This document shows positions 24,701 through 37,600 of a DNA stretch of 64,000 nt, one piece after another. A model generated the notes under the pieces. The model was not told where the DNA came from and ran no database searches. It worked only from the letters and a program-made list of their open reading frames with translations. Origin of the DNA: Pecten maximus. Taxonomy: Eukaryota. The DNA is taken from positions 28,086,001-28,150,000 of the forward strand of contig NC_047016.1 in NCBI RefSeq assembly GCF_902652985.1. Reading direction: 5' to 3'. Position numbers and translations under genes: made by a program. Each line of letters begins with the position of its first letter. The stretch's first letter is position 1.

Positions 24701-27700
24701 CTTTTACACCACACTGATACACTAATTACATAATGAAATACCTGAATAAGATGATTGACCTTAGAGCTCACTCCACTGATCATTTCTTTTAATTGCAGTA
24801 TCTTGTGATGTAAAGTGTTATCACAGTACAAACAACATTAGATAGTACATGTATATCAAGGGAGATAATCAATACAGCAGAATACCACATAAAAGGGTAT
24901 CATTAATTAGTTCAGTTTTACAGATGTTTGAATATGTGATTTCAAAACAACAGATAACATCGGGAACATAACAGAAGACTGAATGATTGGGATACAGAAT
25001 CAGTAAGTGATCAGTGAAACTTTTCACAAAAGCTTCCATGAGCAGTTGTGAAATGCTGCATAGGCTAGCTTCTGCATAACTAACAAAGTGCAGTACATGA
25101 AAAGTATGTTATTACATCTAAATCTATATGATTATTTTATACTACATACCTTAAGCTTTTCAAAGGAAGGCACTCTATGAGCTAAGTTTGGCCACACCTC
25201 CTCATCAAAGAAACTGTAGTCCACTTCTAAGTTACTAACATCAGGTTCCTGATCCTGGAAATCAAAGAAAAGTTTTTTTTTAGTAAAAATTAGTTTTCGA
25301 CATCACAAAATATTCCCTATATATCTCCTCTACATCTTAGCCTAGAGCTATAAGCAGTGTTGATACACACACCTTCATAACAAGAGATCCCAGAGGGATC
25401 ATCAAACCACCATTGGATGATGTTTATTTGTTCTTTGTTCTCTCTACTTTTCACTTCTTTCTTCTTTTCCTCTTAATTATTTGATGACAAGGACAAGTGG
25501 AACCTACATGCGAAGTTTAAGAAACATCCTTCCAGTACTTTTCAAGAAATAGTGATAACAATATTCAATTCTCAAAAAACAAGATGGCCACTTGTCAACC
25601 TCTTTGTTTTTCTGACCAAAAATCTAAATTGAAATGGCACAATTAAGATTCAAGGGGAACATACTCATAACATTTGAGAAATATCCCTCTAGTTCCTTCA
25701 CTGAAATAGCGATAACAAACTTCAAAATCCAAGATGGCCGACTGTTGGTCATTTTCTTTTCCAGACAAAAAATGTAAGTTAAATTGGCACAACTAGGTAC
25801 CAAAGGGAACGTAAACAAGAAGTTTGAGGAATATTCCTGCATTATTTTTCAAGATGTACGACTGGCAGTTGACAATCAGACATTAGACAGACAACAGAAA
25901 GACGATGTACAACAGACGCTGGGCAATTTGAATAGCAAAGACTCGAAGAAGATTATCATTTGACACACTGCAATCTGCCATATGGAAATCAGCTGAGGAC
26001 TCGCCTCTGTGCTTAAACTAGACTAATGATAAGAAAACATGCACTCAATAGTTGATATTAAGAGTAGGCAAACCTCATATGGACTACCTCCTAGAAGGTA
26101 GTGTCCTCCTAAACCTTCTGGTCGAAAGTACATTCCTGTGGTATCCACTACCATTGGGCATTCTAGTCCTGGACCCTCTGGACAATGGGTAACATACACA
26201 AACCTCTTCCTGTCAAAAACATATCACTAAACAATAAGATCAGTCTGGGGCAGTAATAGCCTATCAGTAGATACCAAAAGATCAGGGATCAATGATCTCC
26301 AGATTGATCACTTATTTAACAAACATGGTAAGGCGTGAAACAAATGCGTGTAGAGCATGTAAAAGTTAACCAACATTCCTTTTTTTGCAAAATACATAAA
26401 TACGTACATAACTAGAATTATGTTGAAGCATCATAAATGCTGCTGTTCCCTGCTTTATTTGACCCCCACAAATCACCTAAAAAAACGTGCTAAAAAAATT
26501 AACCCATATTTTGTATCAGCAGATTGACAGATGGACAGATGGAATCAAAAGTAATGCCCCCATTCACGTTGTTTGGAGGGCATAAAATATATTTTTTAAG
26601 AAAGTAAAGTAAAACAATCATCATGATAATAAAGTCTGCCCTTCTTTGATACCGATTCGCTGTTCTGAACCATTTTCTTTCTATGTGTATGATAATGGGT
26701 AATTCGTACATGTGTCACAGAATAGCGATCGGTATCTTTTATTCAAAGGTCTACGGTAAATGCATGAGGAAGTATTTCGTGTGTATATCTTTTAGTCTAA
26801 AGATGCTTATATGGTTGCTAGACCGAAGTCGTTTTTATATTTCATGGTTAATTAATCAATTAAATGTGCTTATTTCTTCATGCTTTCAAAATGTTGAATT
26901 TTCAGTAGTTTTACTACTACTTTTATTACAAGATATGGATATAGAGTCCAATCCCGGCCCGAGGCCCGACGAGCTTTCAATATTTCACCTCAATGTACGA
27001 AGTGTTAGGAATAAATTAGATTGTGTAAAAGACATAGCCGATGAATATGATATTATTTGTTTAACAGAAACTCATCTAGATGATCAAGTATCTACAGATG
27101 AATTACTTATTGATGGTTTTCATGAACCTTTTCGTCTTGACAGAAATTTTGCTGGTGGAGGTATATTAGTTTACACTAACAGTCTTTTAAAAGTAAACCG
27201 ATTAACGGAACTTGAATTTCCCGGCCATGAAGTAATTTGGATTAATGTCCAGTTAACGAATTCTTCTTTCATTATTGGCACTGCTTATAGACCTGAATAT
27301 TCTGGTTTACCTTTCTGGGAAAATTTTCGTACATCTATTAATAGTGCCTTAGACATTTCACCAAATATTATAATAACTGGTGATTTGAATGTCGATTTTT
27401 TAACTGTATCTACTAATCATATTATTTTTGATATAATGAGATCTTTTAGTATTACTAATGTCATAAATGAACCAACTCGTATTGGGCCGACTAGATCCAG
27501 TCTACTTGATCCTATTCTCTTATCCCAGTCTCTTTCCTGTATCGATTCGTCTGTAATACCTGTTGATAAGTCTATCAGTGACCATGATAGTTGCACTGCT
27601 AGTATTAATATTCCTTGTACTTTTAGACCCACTTTTAATCGTAAAGTTTGGCTTTATAAGAGAGCCGACTTTGAAAAGTTTAATAATCTTATTACTAATT

Positions 27701-30700
27701 ATAACTGGAACGCTCTTTTCTCAAATTGTAATTCGGTTGATATTGCTTGTGATCGTTTTACTGATATATTTTTAAATTTTGCAAATTTGTGTATTCCATC
27801 TAAATTAGTCACTTTTAGGCCTAATGATAAACCTTGGATGACCTCAGAATTAAGAACTAATTTGAGAACTCGTGATAGATTACACAAAATTGCTAGGTCA
27901 ACCAAGCTTCTTTCGGACGTTAATAAATTTAAGCAACAACGTAATAAGGTAAACAACATGAAAAAAATATGCACGATTATTTTTTTATGAAAACGTAAAC
28001 GGCATTATTGATGCATTTTCAACCACTGATCCAAAATCTTATTGGAGACTTATTAAACGATTACTAAAATCAACCGGATCTTCACAATCTATACCTACTC
28101 TGGTAGATTCTCTTAACAATTCTATTGTCACCAATGATGAAGATAAGGCTAATCTATTAAACAATTACTTTTGTAATATTACAACAGTTGACGATACTAA
28201 CACTGCTATTCCTTTGGTAGAACAAAGAACTGATAAAACTTTTAGCTCTATAAGAGTGAACATTAACGAAATTAAAGATATCTTACAAATATTGAAACTC
28301 GGAAAGGCCTCTGGTGAAGATGGAATTAGCCATCATATGTTACGAAATACTTCACATACTGTATGTATTCCTCTTGAAATTATTTTTAATATGTCTTTAT
28401 CGACCAGTAATTTTCCATCTAGTTGGAAAATTGCCAAAGTTATGCCACTATTTAAAAAGGGTGATCGACATTCTCCTTCTAATTATAGGCCAATTTCTCT
28501 TTTATCTACCGTTGGTAAAGTATTTGAACGTGTAATTTTTAAACATATATATAACTACTTCATGGAAAACTCTTTGTTTTATAAATATCAATCGGGTTTT
28601 ATGCGTGGTCATTCTACTGTGTATCAACTTCTTGAAATTTATCACAATATCTGTATCTCACTTGAAGAAAAGAAACATGTATGTATGGTATTCTGTGATA
28701 TTTCAAAGGCGTTTGATAGGGTGTGGCATAAGGGTCTTCTGGTCAAACTTCAATCATACGGAATTTGTGGAGAGTTACATTCTTGGTTACAAAATTATCT
28801 ATGTCACAGACGACAAAAAGTCTTTTTAAACAATTCATATTCTCAATTGGGTTTAAATTTAGCAGGGGTTCCCCAAGGTTCAATCCTAGGTCCACTTTTG
28901 TTTTTAATATATATAAATGATATTGCCAATGTTCTTGAGTCAGCTGCTCGTCTTTTTGCAGATGATACCTCTATGCTAATGTCTGCGTCATCCTGTCTTG
29001 AAATTGAAACTGTTTTAAATAGGGATCTAAATTCTTTAAATCTTTGGTCTAAAACTTGGCTAGTTACATTTAATCCAGACAAAACTGATGTAATATTTAT
29101 TTCTAATTCTAATGACTTAGACGAAGACCTAGAATTGAACTTTGATGGGAAAAATTTGATTTTTACTGACAACCATAAACATCTCGGAGTATATTTTAAT
29201 TCGAATGCCAAATGGGGAGATCACATTAACGCAATATACAGTTCTGTTATGAAGAAAATTAACGTTTTAAGAAAATTGAAGTTTTTACTAAGCCGTGAAT
29301 GTCTTTTAAGAATTTACAAATCATTCATCTTACCAGTTTTAGAATATGCATGTGAGGTATGGGATGGTTGCACCAAAGCCGAATCAGAATTGTTGGAGAA
29401 AGCCCAAAGGGAGGCCATTCGTATCATAACAGGCCTTCCGTCTTATGCAAATATCGAATATTTATATTTTGAATCAGGTTTAGATACTCTATCAAATCGT
29501 AGAAATCGAAGAAAACTCCAACTTTTATATAAAATGCAAAATAACTTAACACCAATTTATTTGAATGATCTCCTACCATCTACAGTAGCAGAAAATAACC
29601 GATATCCTCTTAGAAATAATAATAATTACAGAGTTCCTCCATTTCGGCTTTCTCTTACAAATAGTTCTTTTATACCATCTACTATTCGTAGTTGGAATTC
29701 ATTAGATTTATCCGGACGATCATTACCTTCTTTACCTTTATTTGTAAATTCTTTGGCTTTAAACGTGCAACCATCCCCACCTATCTATTTCGGTTTGGGT
29801 GAAAGAAAATTCAATATTATGCACACCAGACTAAGACACCAGTGTAGTCCACTTAAGTACGATTTGTATCGTGTAAATCTTGTTGATGATCCAGCTTGCT
29901 CATGTGGATATCCATGTGAGAATGCCTTTCACTTTTTATTTGAATGTCGCCTTTATGCTCAGGAAAGACGTATTATGCTACAACATATAAATGCCTTTGG
30001 AACAGAACCTAGTTTAAAACTTCTATTGTATGGTAATACTCAATTTTCCGTAGATCTAAATTGTCGTATTTTTAGACTTGTGCATTTATTCATAAAATCC
30101 AGCAACAGATTTTAAAATATTTATAAAGTTCTTGTGAACTATTGTGTTTGTATTAAATTTTCATAGTCATTCAAACTTTATGCCTATTTCTATATGTAAT
30201 ATACATGTGTTTATATGTGTAATGGGAGAAGGCCTTAGTAAGTTGCAATAACTTGTGCCTAATCCCTTTTCCTTAATTGAAATAAAATATGTTTAAAGTA
30301 ATAAAGTCTGCCAAGTGTTGATGAGATTGGTACAAATACGTGAGGAGATCCAGGACAAAAATCTTAGTACTGCAAAATAAATAAATGACTGACATCAGAA
30401 CAGGTAAATTACCTGTTTTTACCTTTCACCCTTTACAATAATTATACAGTGATTCTAATGAGTTAGTTGAGACTATAAGCATTTTATGCTACAAACTTTA
30501 TTCCCATATAAATGACATTCATATATTTACACCTGTAGTTTCTAAATACATAGACTATACATGTAAATATAAGTGACCTGGCTATGCCTTTCTTTAGTGA
30601 CATACCGTGGTTCTACAGGTAGGCCAAGAGATAGGGGTCCATCACCTGTCCCTATACCTGCCAGTCTGGCCACATCCGCGGCCCAAGCACCAGCACAGTT

Positions 30701-33700
30701 GATACATGTCAAAAATTCCATGCAATCTGACGTTCCATCAGCACATTTTAGCTGAAAAAAAGCAAATCATAAATAAAAGTAATCATAAATGCAAATAAGA
30801 GATCATATAGACAAGTCTATCACAATTCAGCAGCTAGGTTTTAAGGTCAAAGAGAGGTTTAACAAGGCAACTGCAAGAGGTTTTAATTGTTAATCTCCAA
30901 CATGACTGCACTGCAGCCGCTATCAAACTTAATTTTTAGATTATAGTTCAAAACATTGAATATTACAATGAATATAATTTATAAATCATGACTGAACTAA
31001 TTTGATTTGATTTGGTTTCTATGGCAATTATTGTTGGTGTGCTTATTCATGAGATTAGTTAACCTAAGGGTACTATGTAAGCAACTCCTTACAATGGTTA
31101 GTGATATACCTGGAGTCCAGTTAACCTAAGGGTACTATGTAAGTAACTCCTTACAATGGTTAGTGATATACCTGGAGTCCAGTTAACCTAAGGGTACTAT
31201 GTAAGTAACTCCTTACAATGGTTAGTGATATACCTGGAGTCCAGTTAACCTAAGGGTACTATGTAAGTAACTCCTTACACATGGTTAGCGATATACCTGG
31301 AGTCCAGTTAACCTAAGGGTACTAGTTAAGTAACTCATCACACATGGTTATTGATATACCTTGAGTCCAGTTAACCTAAGGGTACTATGTAAGTAACACC
31401 TCACACATGGTTAGTGATATACCTGGAGTCCAGTTAACGTAAGGGTACTATGTAAGTAACTCATCACACATGGTTATTGATATACCTGGAGTCCAGTTAA
31501 CCTAAGGGTACTATGTAAGTAACTCCTTACAATGGTTAGTGATATACCTGGAGTCCAGTTAACGTAAGGGTACTATGTAAGTAACTCATCACACATGGTT
31601 ATTGATATACCTGGAGTCCAGTTAACCTGTCCTCACTCAGGAAAAACCCGTCCACTTCTGCGTTCACATAATTCACACCCATACTGATGTTTTTGTTTTT
31701 CAGTGCAGAAAGGAGCAACCAGGGGTCAAACCAACCCTCTCCCTGAATTCCTGTCCAACAAAAAGTACAACAAGAATAATGTAGAGCAGAATAACTTAAG
31801 CCCATCCCCTGTCAATGAGAAATTATTGTATCTAAATGAATATGATCTAAGTGATGAGACATTAACTGTCTAATCAAAATGTCAGTGGTAAAGTACAATT
31901 TCATATCATAGCAAACTAAATAGAGTTTGAAGGAAATCGGTTAAAGACTGAAGGAGAGGATCTACAAAAAAATAATATTCAAATACATGTACTGAAATAA
32001 ACAAAAGGCAATAACTTTTGCAAAAACAGTTGATACAAAATGCTCTTAGGTAAACTTATTTACATATCATGAATATAAAGCAACATAATGTAGGAAAAGT
32101 TCAAATGAGATCAGAATATTGAGGTTGGAGATTTCTGGACAAACAAACATTGAAGCCAGTCAGACGTACATACAAAAGGAATGCTATATCACCTCGAGCT
32201 CCACAACTTTGTCGGGAAGGGATACTGACTGTGTTTTAACAATAGTGAGTATAGTTCACTTTATCCGAGAATGATCCTAGTTAAATTTACATCTTCCATA
32301 AAGAAGAAAGAGATACACCCTCCAATTACACAATGCCGAATCCCCTTCATTAAACAATGTCCCATGCCTTCTTTGGTCAAAATCCATTCTGCTGATGTTG
32401 AGAATAGTCTAATCAAATTATAATTTCATTCCACTTTGGTATCATATGTTGCATGTAACAAAATACTGTAACAGAAAGTGGACTGAAAGATTTGATTTCA
32501 CTAAAGTCAGTACTAGTTAGAACTGTCATCAGGATGGCCGACTAATCTAATTACCGTATTCAACCTTGTAAGGTGCACAGTGTGCTTAATAAAGCTAGGT
32601 ACTGAAGAGTTTCTACACGGAATCTGGGTGGAAAAATAACAACCTTTCTTCTTTATGTAGCAAAAACAATCCAGAGTTGTTAGACTGAATATTATAAGGC
32701 AAGAGTAAGGAAGATTTTAAATGTTTCAATTATGTGCACACATCTTCTTTTCCTGAAAAAAAAAGATGGGGGTGCACTTGGTTCCCTCCCCCATTCTTTC
32801 GTTAATGCTGAGTCTTTTTTCTCCTTCCAGTACATTGTTAAATATGTGATGGAATAGAAAGCACAGAATCAAACTCTTACTAACTAGACATTAGTGAGCA
32901 TATTACAAGGAGCCACGTTTTGGTTGGATACAAAAATATTTGCTAAATTGCAACGAAGGGACATAACTTTTGGAAAAAGCGTCAACATTGAAAACCATGT
33001 CAAAGGGCACAACTTCATAAGGTCATGGTATAACTAACAGGGTTTGAAGAATATTGGCTGAAAATAACTGAATGCATAGCATGACTCTTGTCAAGAATTT
33101 CAACAAATTATCAGACTGAAAAAAGATTTAATTTTGCAAAAATAACATCTTACCCTGTGACCCACATTCAACGCCGTCTAAGTTGAGCCAAGGATATTTC
33201 TGAGCAAGGCGGCTTTTAGAGAACAATTCGATGTTGGCACCTAGTTCTCTGTTCGGTTATAAAGAAGAAAAATGATGTTACATACATATAAAACATTCCA
33301 TTTTAATGAATTATATATAATTATTCTAAATATAACAGTACATGTACAAATCCATGTTTTGTTCACTTTCAGGTAAAAAAAATGTACTTGATTTGCTTGT
33401 AGGATACATCAGTAATGAGATCAGTGTATACCAAACAACAATTAAATTATCTTTATACTTTTGTAATATGTATTTTTATATAGCAGCAGTAATAGATAAT
33501 TGAATTTACTTCAATAAATCGCTAATCTGAGTTGGTAGGGGTGACATATAAATTGATAAAGTGATGACAAGGATACTGTACTCTAATGACACTATGAGAG
33601 TATCTATACTATAATTAAGATTATATAAAAGGGAATCTCAGTAAGATAGCCAACATACGTAACTTAATAAGCTGACTGGTTTCTGGGAACACAGTCACCT

Positions 33701-34591
33701 GATTTCTCATTTTCTGTACTCTTCTCTGCATCGATCATAATCATAATGTAAAATGCAGCATTTCTAGATGTGCACTGTGTTTACCAAAAGGATATTCATC
33801 AGCACACATAATGTTTGATATTGTAGATATACAATTAATGAGTTCTATTCTTTACATACTTTGCTCACAAACTGCTGATGCAGCAGTGTATGTCTAAAGA
33901 ATATGAAGTTGACTCGTAAAAAATATCAGAATATTCTGTCACTAGAATGTGAAATATGTAAAATGAAATGATTCAACATTCACTATGAATAATTGAATTT
34001 GGACAGAAATCAATCTGACAAGTGACACATATATGTTATGCCAAATTTAATGTGCAAATGTCATTTTGATGTACATGTCTAAAAAACATTCCTGACTTAA
34101 GCATGTATGAACATCACACTGGAGATACGGAAATGTCAGATGGCAAGAGTCACGAGACTTCTCCGTATAATGGACAGTTGCAAATAAAAAATAAAAATTT
34201 CTATAAAATTCAAGTTAACAGAGAAATAAAAACAGCTCCATATGGAGATCGTGAGATATGACTGCTAACCTCTGCATTTTGACACTCTGACTAAGGGCCT
34301 CTGCACTCTGTTCAGAGGCCAGGAAAAGGTATCCTTGAGGGTGGAACTGTACATCAGGAGGTTCTTGGCCTACAACATAAGAATTTAAATACATGTATAA
34401 TGCTGATACATATATATTCCAACTTCCGACCATCCTCATATGAACCTGACTGTTGTGAAGATGTTAACAAGAGTTGTCACAAGATAACATGACTCTGAGA
34501 ATGGGTTGTAGTACCAATGGAAAGGTCTTGTGACAAGGAATATACATGTCAAATATGAATGCTTTATCTCATACAGTTAATAAACTGTGGC

Positions 34592-34622
<31 letters not shown>

Positions 34623-37600
34623 GTTAGAGTCAAGGTCAGCAGACCTGCGATGTAGTAATGGGAAAGTCTTGTCATAAGGAACACACATGAAATATCAACA
34701 TTACTGACACACTTCAAACTAAAGACTATAGATGTCTACAGATGCCGACACCAAGGGTATATCAATTAGCTCCACTGGACTTCTGCCCAGTGAGCTAATG
34801 AACCTAGATCACTTGACCTGAGAAACCTGAAACATGATCTCATCTGAGGTATTCAAAAACTTAACTAAACCATAAAGAGTGTTCAAATTCATCAAAAGAA
34901 ATCAAGTCATTAAAGTTAAATATGAATTAAGGGAAACAATGGACATACATGGGTATTTGATATTCGTTTCGCCCTCCTCACTCACAATATGGCGAGGGTA
35001 TAAAAATATGTATTGATTTTTGCTCATTATATTGTAACATACAATATTGTCTTCAATATATTGTTTACTCTGAACAAGAAAGAAAAAAAATTATATATGA
35101 AACAAGAGGCCCAGAGGGCCTGTATCGCTCACCTGGATTTCATGAGATATGAAACAAGAATGATGATTAAGTATACTTGTCACTGGTATTGCTATGTCAA
35201 TATATCATAGGCATTTTATATGGGTATGTGAGGTTTTTATGCCAAAAAATGCATTAATCCATGAAATAAAATTGACTTTTGGCACAACCCCATAAGGATA
35301 TGCTACCACACAAATGTGAGTGATATCCATTGCTTAGTTTCAGAAAAGAGGTTGTTTAAACCAATTGACCCCTTTTGACCCTGCCCTCTGCACCCCAGGG
35401 GGGAGTGGGGGTCAGTTCCTTCCTTTATAAAATTTTGAATCCCTACCCAAAAGGATGCTACCAGGCAAATATGAGTGATATTTATTGCTTAGTTTCAGAG
35501 AAGAAGTTGTTCATATCAATTCAGCCAAATTGACCCCTCTTGGCCCCGCCCCTCAGGCCCCTGGGGGGTCAGCCTCACCATTTGTACAATTTTGAATCCC
35601 CACCCAATAGTGATGCTACCAGACAAATATGAGCAATATCCATTGCTCGGTTTCAGAGAAGAAGTCTTTTATATCAATATAGCCCAATTGACCACATTTG
35701 GCCCCGCCCCACAGGCCCCAGGGAGGTGGGCCCCACCATTTGTACAATTTTTAATCCCAACCCCAAAGGGATGCTCACAGTCAAATATGAGCAATATTTA
35801 TTGCTTGGTTTCAGTGGAGAAGTTGTTCATATCAATTTAGCCAAATTGACCCCTCTTGGCCCCGCCCCTCAGGCCCCCTGGGGGTCAGCCTCACCATTTG
35901 TACAATTTTGAATCCCCACCCAATAGTGATGCTACCAGGCAAATATGAGCAATATCCATTGCTTGGTTTCAGAGAAGAAGTCGCTAATATCAATATAGCC
36001 CAATTGACCACATTTGGCCCCGCCCCTCAGGCCCCTGGGGGGTCAGCTCCATCATTTGTACAATTTTTAATCCCCACCCCATAGTGATGCTACCAGGCAA
36101 ATATGAGCAATATCCATTGCTTGGTTTCAGAGAAGAAGTCGCTAATATCAATATAGCCCAATTGACCCCTTTTGGCCCTGCCCCTCAGACCCCTTGGGGG
36201 TCAGCCCCACCATTTGTACAATTTTGAGTCCCCACCCCATAGGGATGCTTCTGACCAAATTTGGTCAAATTCTGATGTGTGGTTATGAAGAAGAAGTCAA
36301 TTGTTGACGGACGGACGGACGACAGACGGACTTACGACGGACGCAACGGTAGGGCATAAGCTCACCTTGGTCCTTTGGACCAGGTGAGCTAAAAATGTGT
36401 TGTTGATGTGTATATATACATGTAATGATGTATATTGTACTGAACACGATTGGCTGTCATGCTGAAACCAGTTTTATAGTCATCTCCCAGCTATCCCAGT
36501 TACATAGATAAATGATTGTGTAATAGAGGACTTCAGGCTCTAGCTGTGACTTATCAATTTCCTAGAATACCAAGATGCTGGTGTATATTATGATGAAGTC
36601 TGATGTATCCACAATGCTGAATTATCATTAGTTAGTTGATTACTGGTTTATTGCCATCATGCCTATTGCTAGTTTCATCTTACCAACTATACTCATTGTT
36701 CTGTCAGCCTAAGGAAGTGGCTCTGTTTTGATCAGAGGTTCATAGACGGAAACGTTAACAGGTCTGTTATGTTATAACAGAACCTGGGAGTGGGTGAAGT
36801 TGGGCAACTCCAGTGAATGGTTAGGAAATGTGAGGTTAAAAATATATTTCTAATTAAATCTAGCTATAACATACCTAGAATGCCGAGATGCTGGTGTATA
36901 TTTCTGATGAAATCTGAGGTAAACATGGACATTTGGACATTCTCAGGAATACTGAATTGGTGCCTCACACCACCACAGACAACATGCTTGAGGCTTGAGC
37001 GTACTGCAAAAGTATAGTATGTGTGCTATGTCATTGGAAGCTAGAGATAGAAAATTAGAAATAATTACACTTATAGTAATATCTCAATTTATTATTATAC
37101 AAAGACCATGTAATAATGCTATTCAATAAACAAAGACAAGTACCAAACTTTGACGAAGAATTCTTTCCTATACTCTTTTCTGCCTGATAAACTTGCCCTT
37201 TAAGCATATATCCCAACCTTTTTTCAGAGTGCACTTATTAGCTTGAATACAGTATCATATTGTCAGCACAGTTCACTTATTAGGTCTAATACAGTATCAT
37301 ATTGTCAGCACACAGTTCACTTATTATGTCTAATACAGTATCATATTGTCAGCACACAGTTCACTTATTAGGTCTAATACAGTATCATATCATCAGCACA
37401 CAGTGCCCTTATTAGGTCTAATACAGTATCATATTGTCAGCACAGTGCCCTTATTAGGTCTAATACAGTATCATATTGTCAGCACAGTGCCCTTATTAGG
37501 TCTAATACAGTATCATATTGTCAGCACAGTGTACTTATTAGCTCGAATACAGTATATGTATCATATTATCAATGTGGAATTAACTACAGACATCTTAGAA

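Noticed and set aside
27955-27995. Programmed ribosomal frameshift or ORF1/ORF2 boundary in the LINE
   Set aside because: The break falls in the APE-RT linker that is normally one ORF; a single extra A in a homopolymer explains it more simply.
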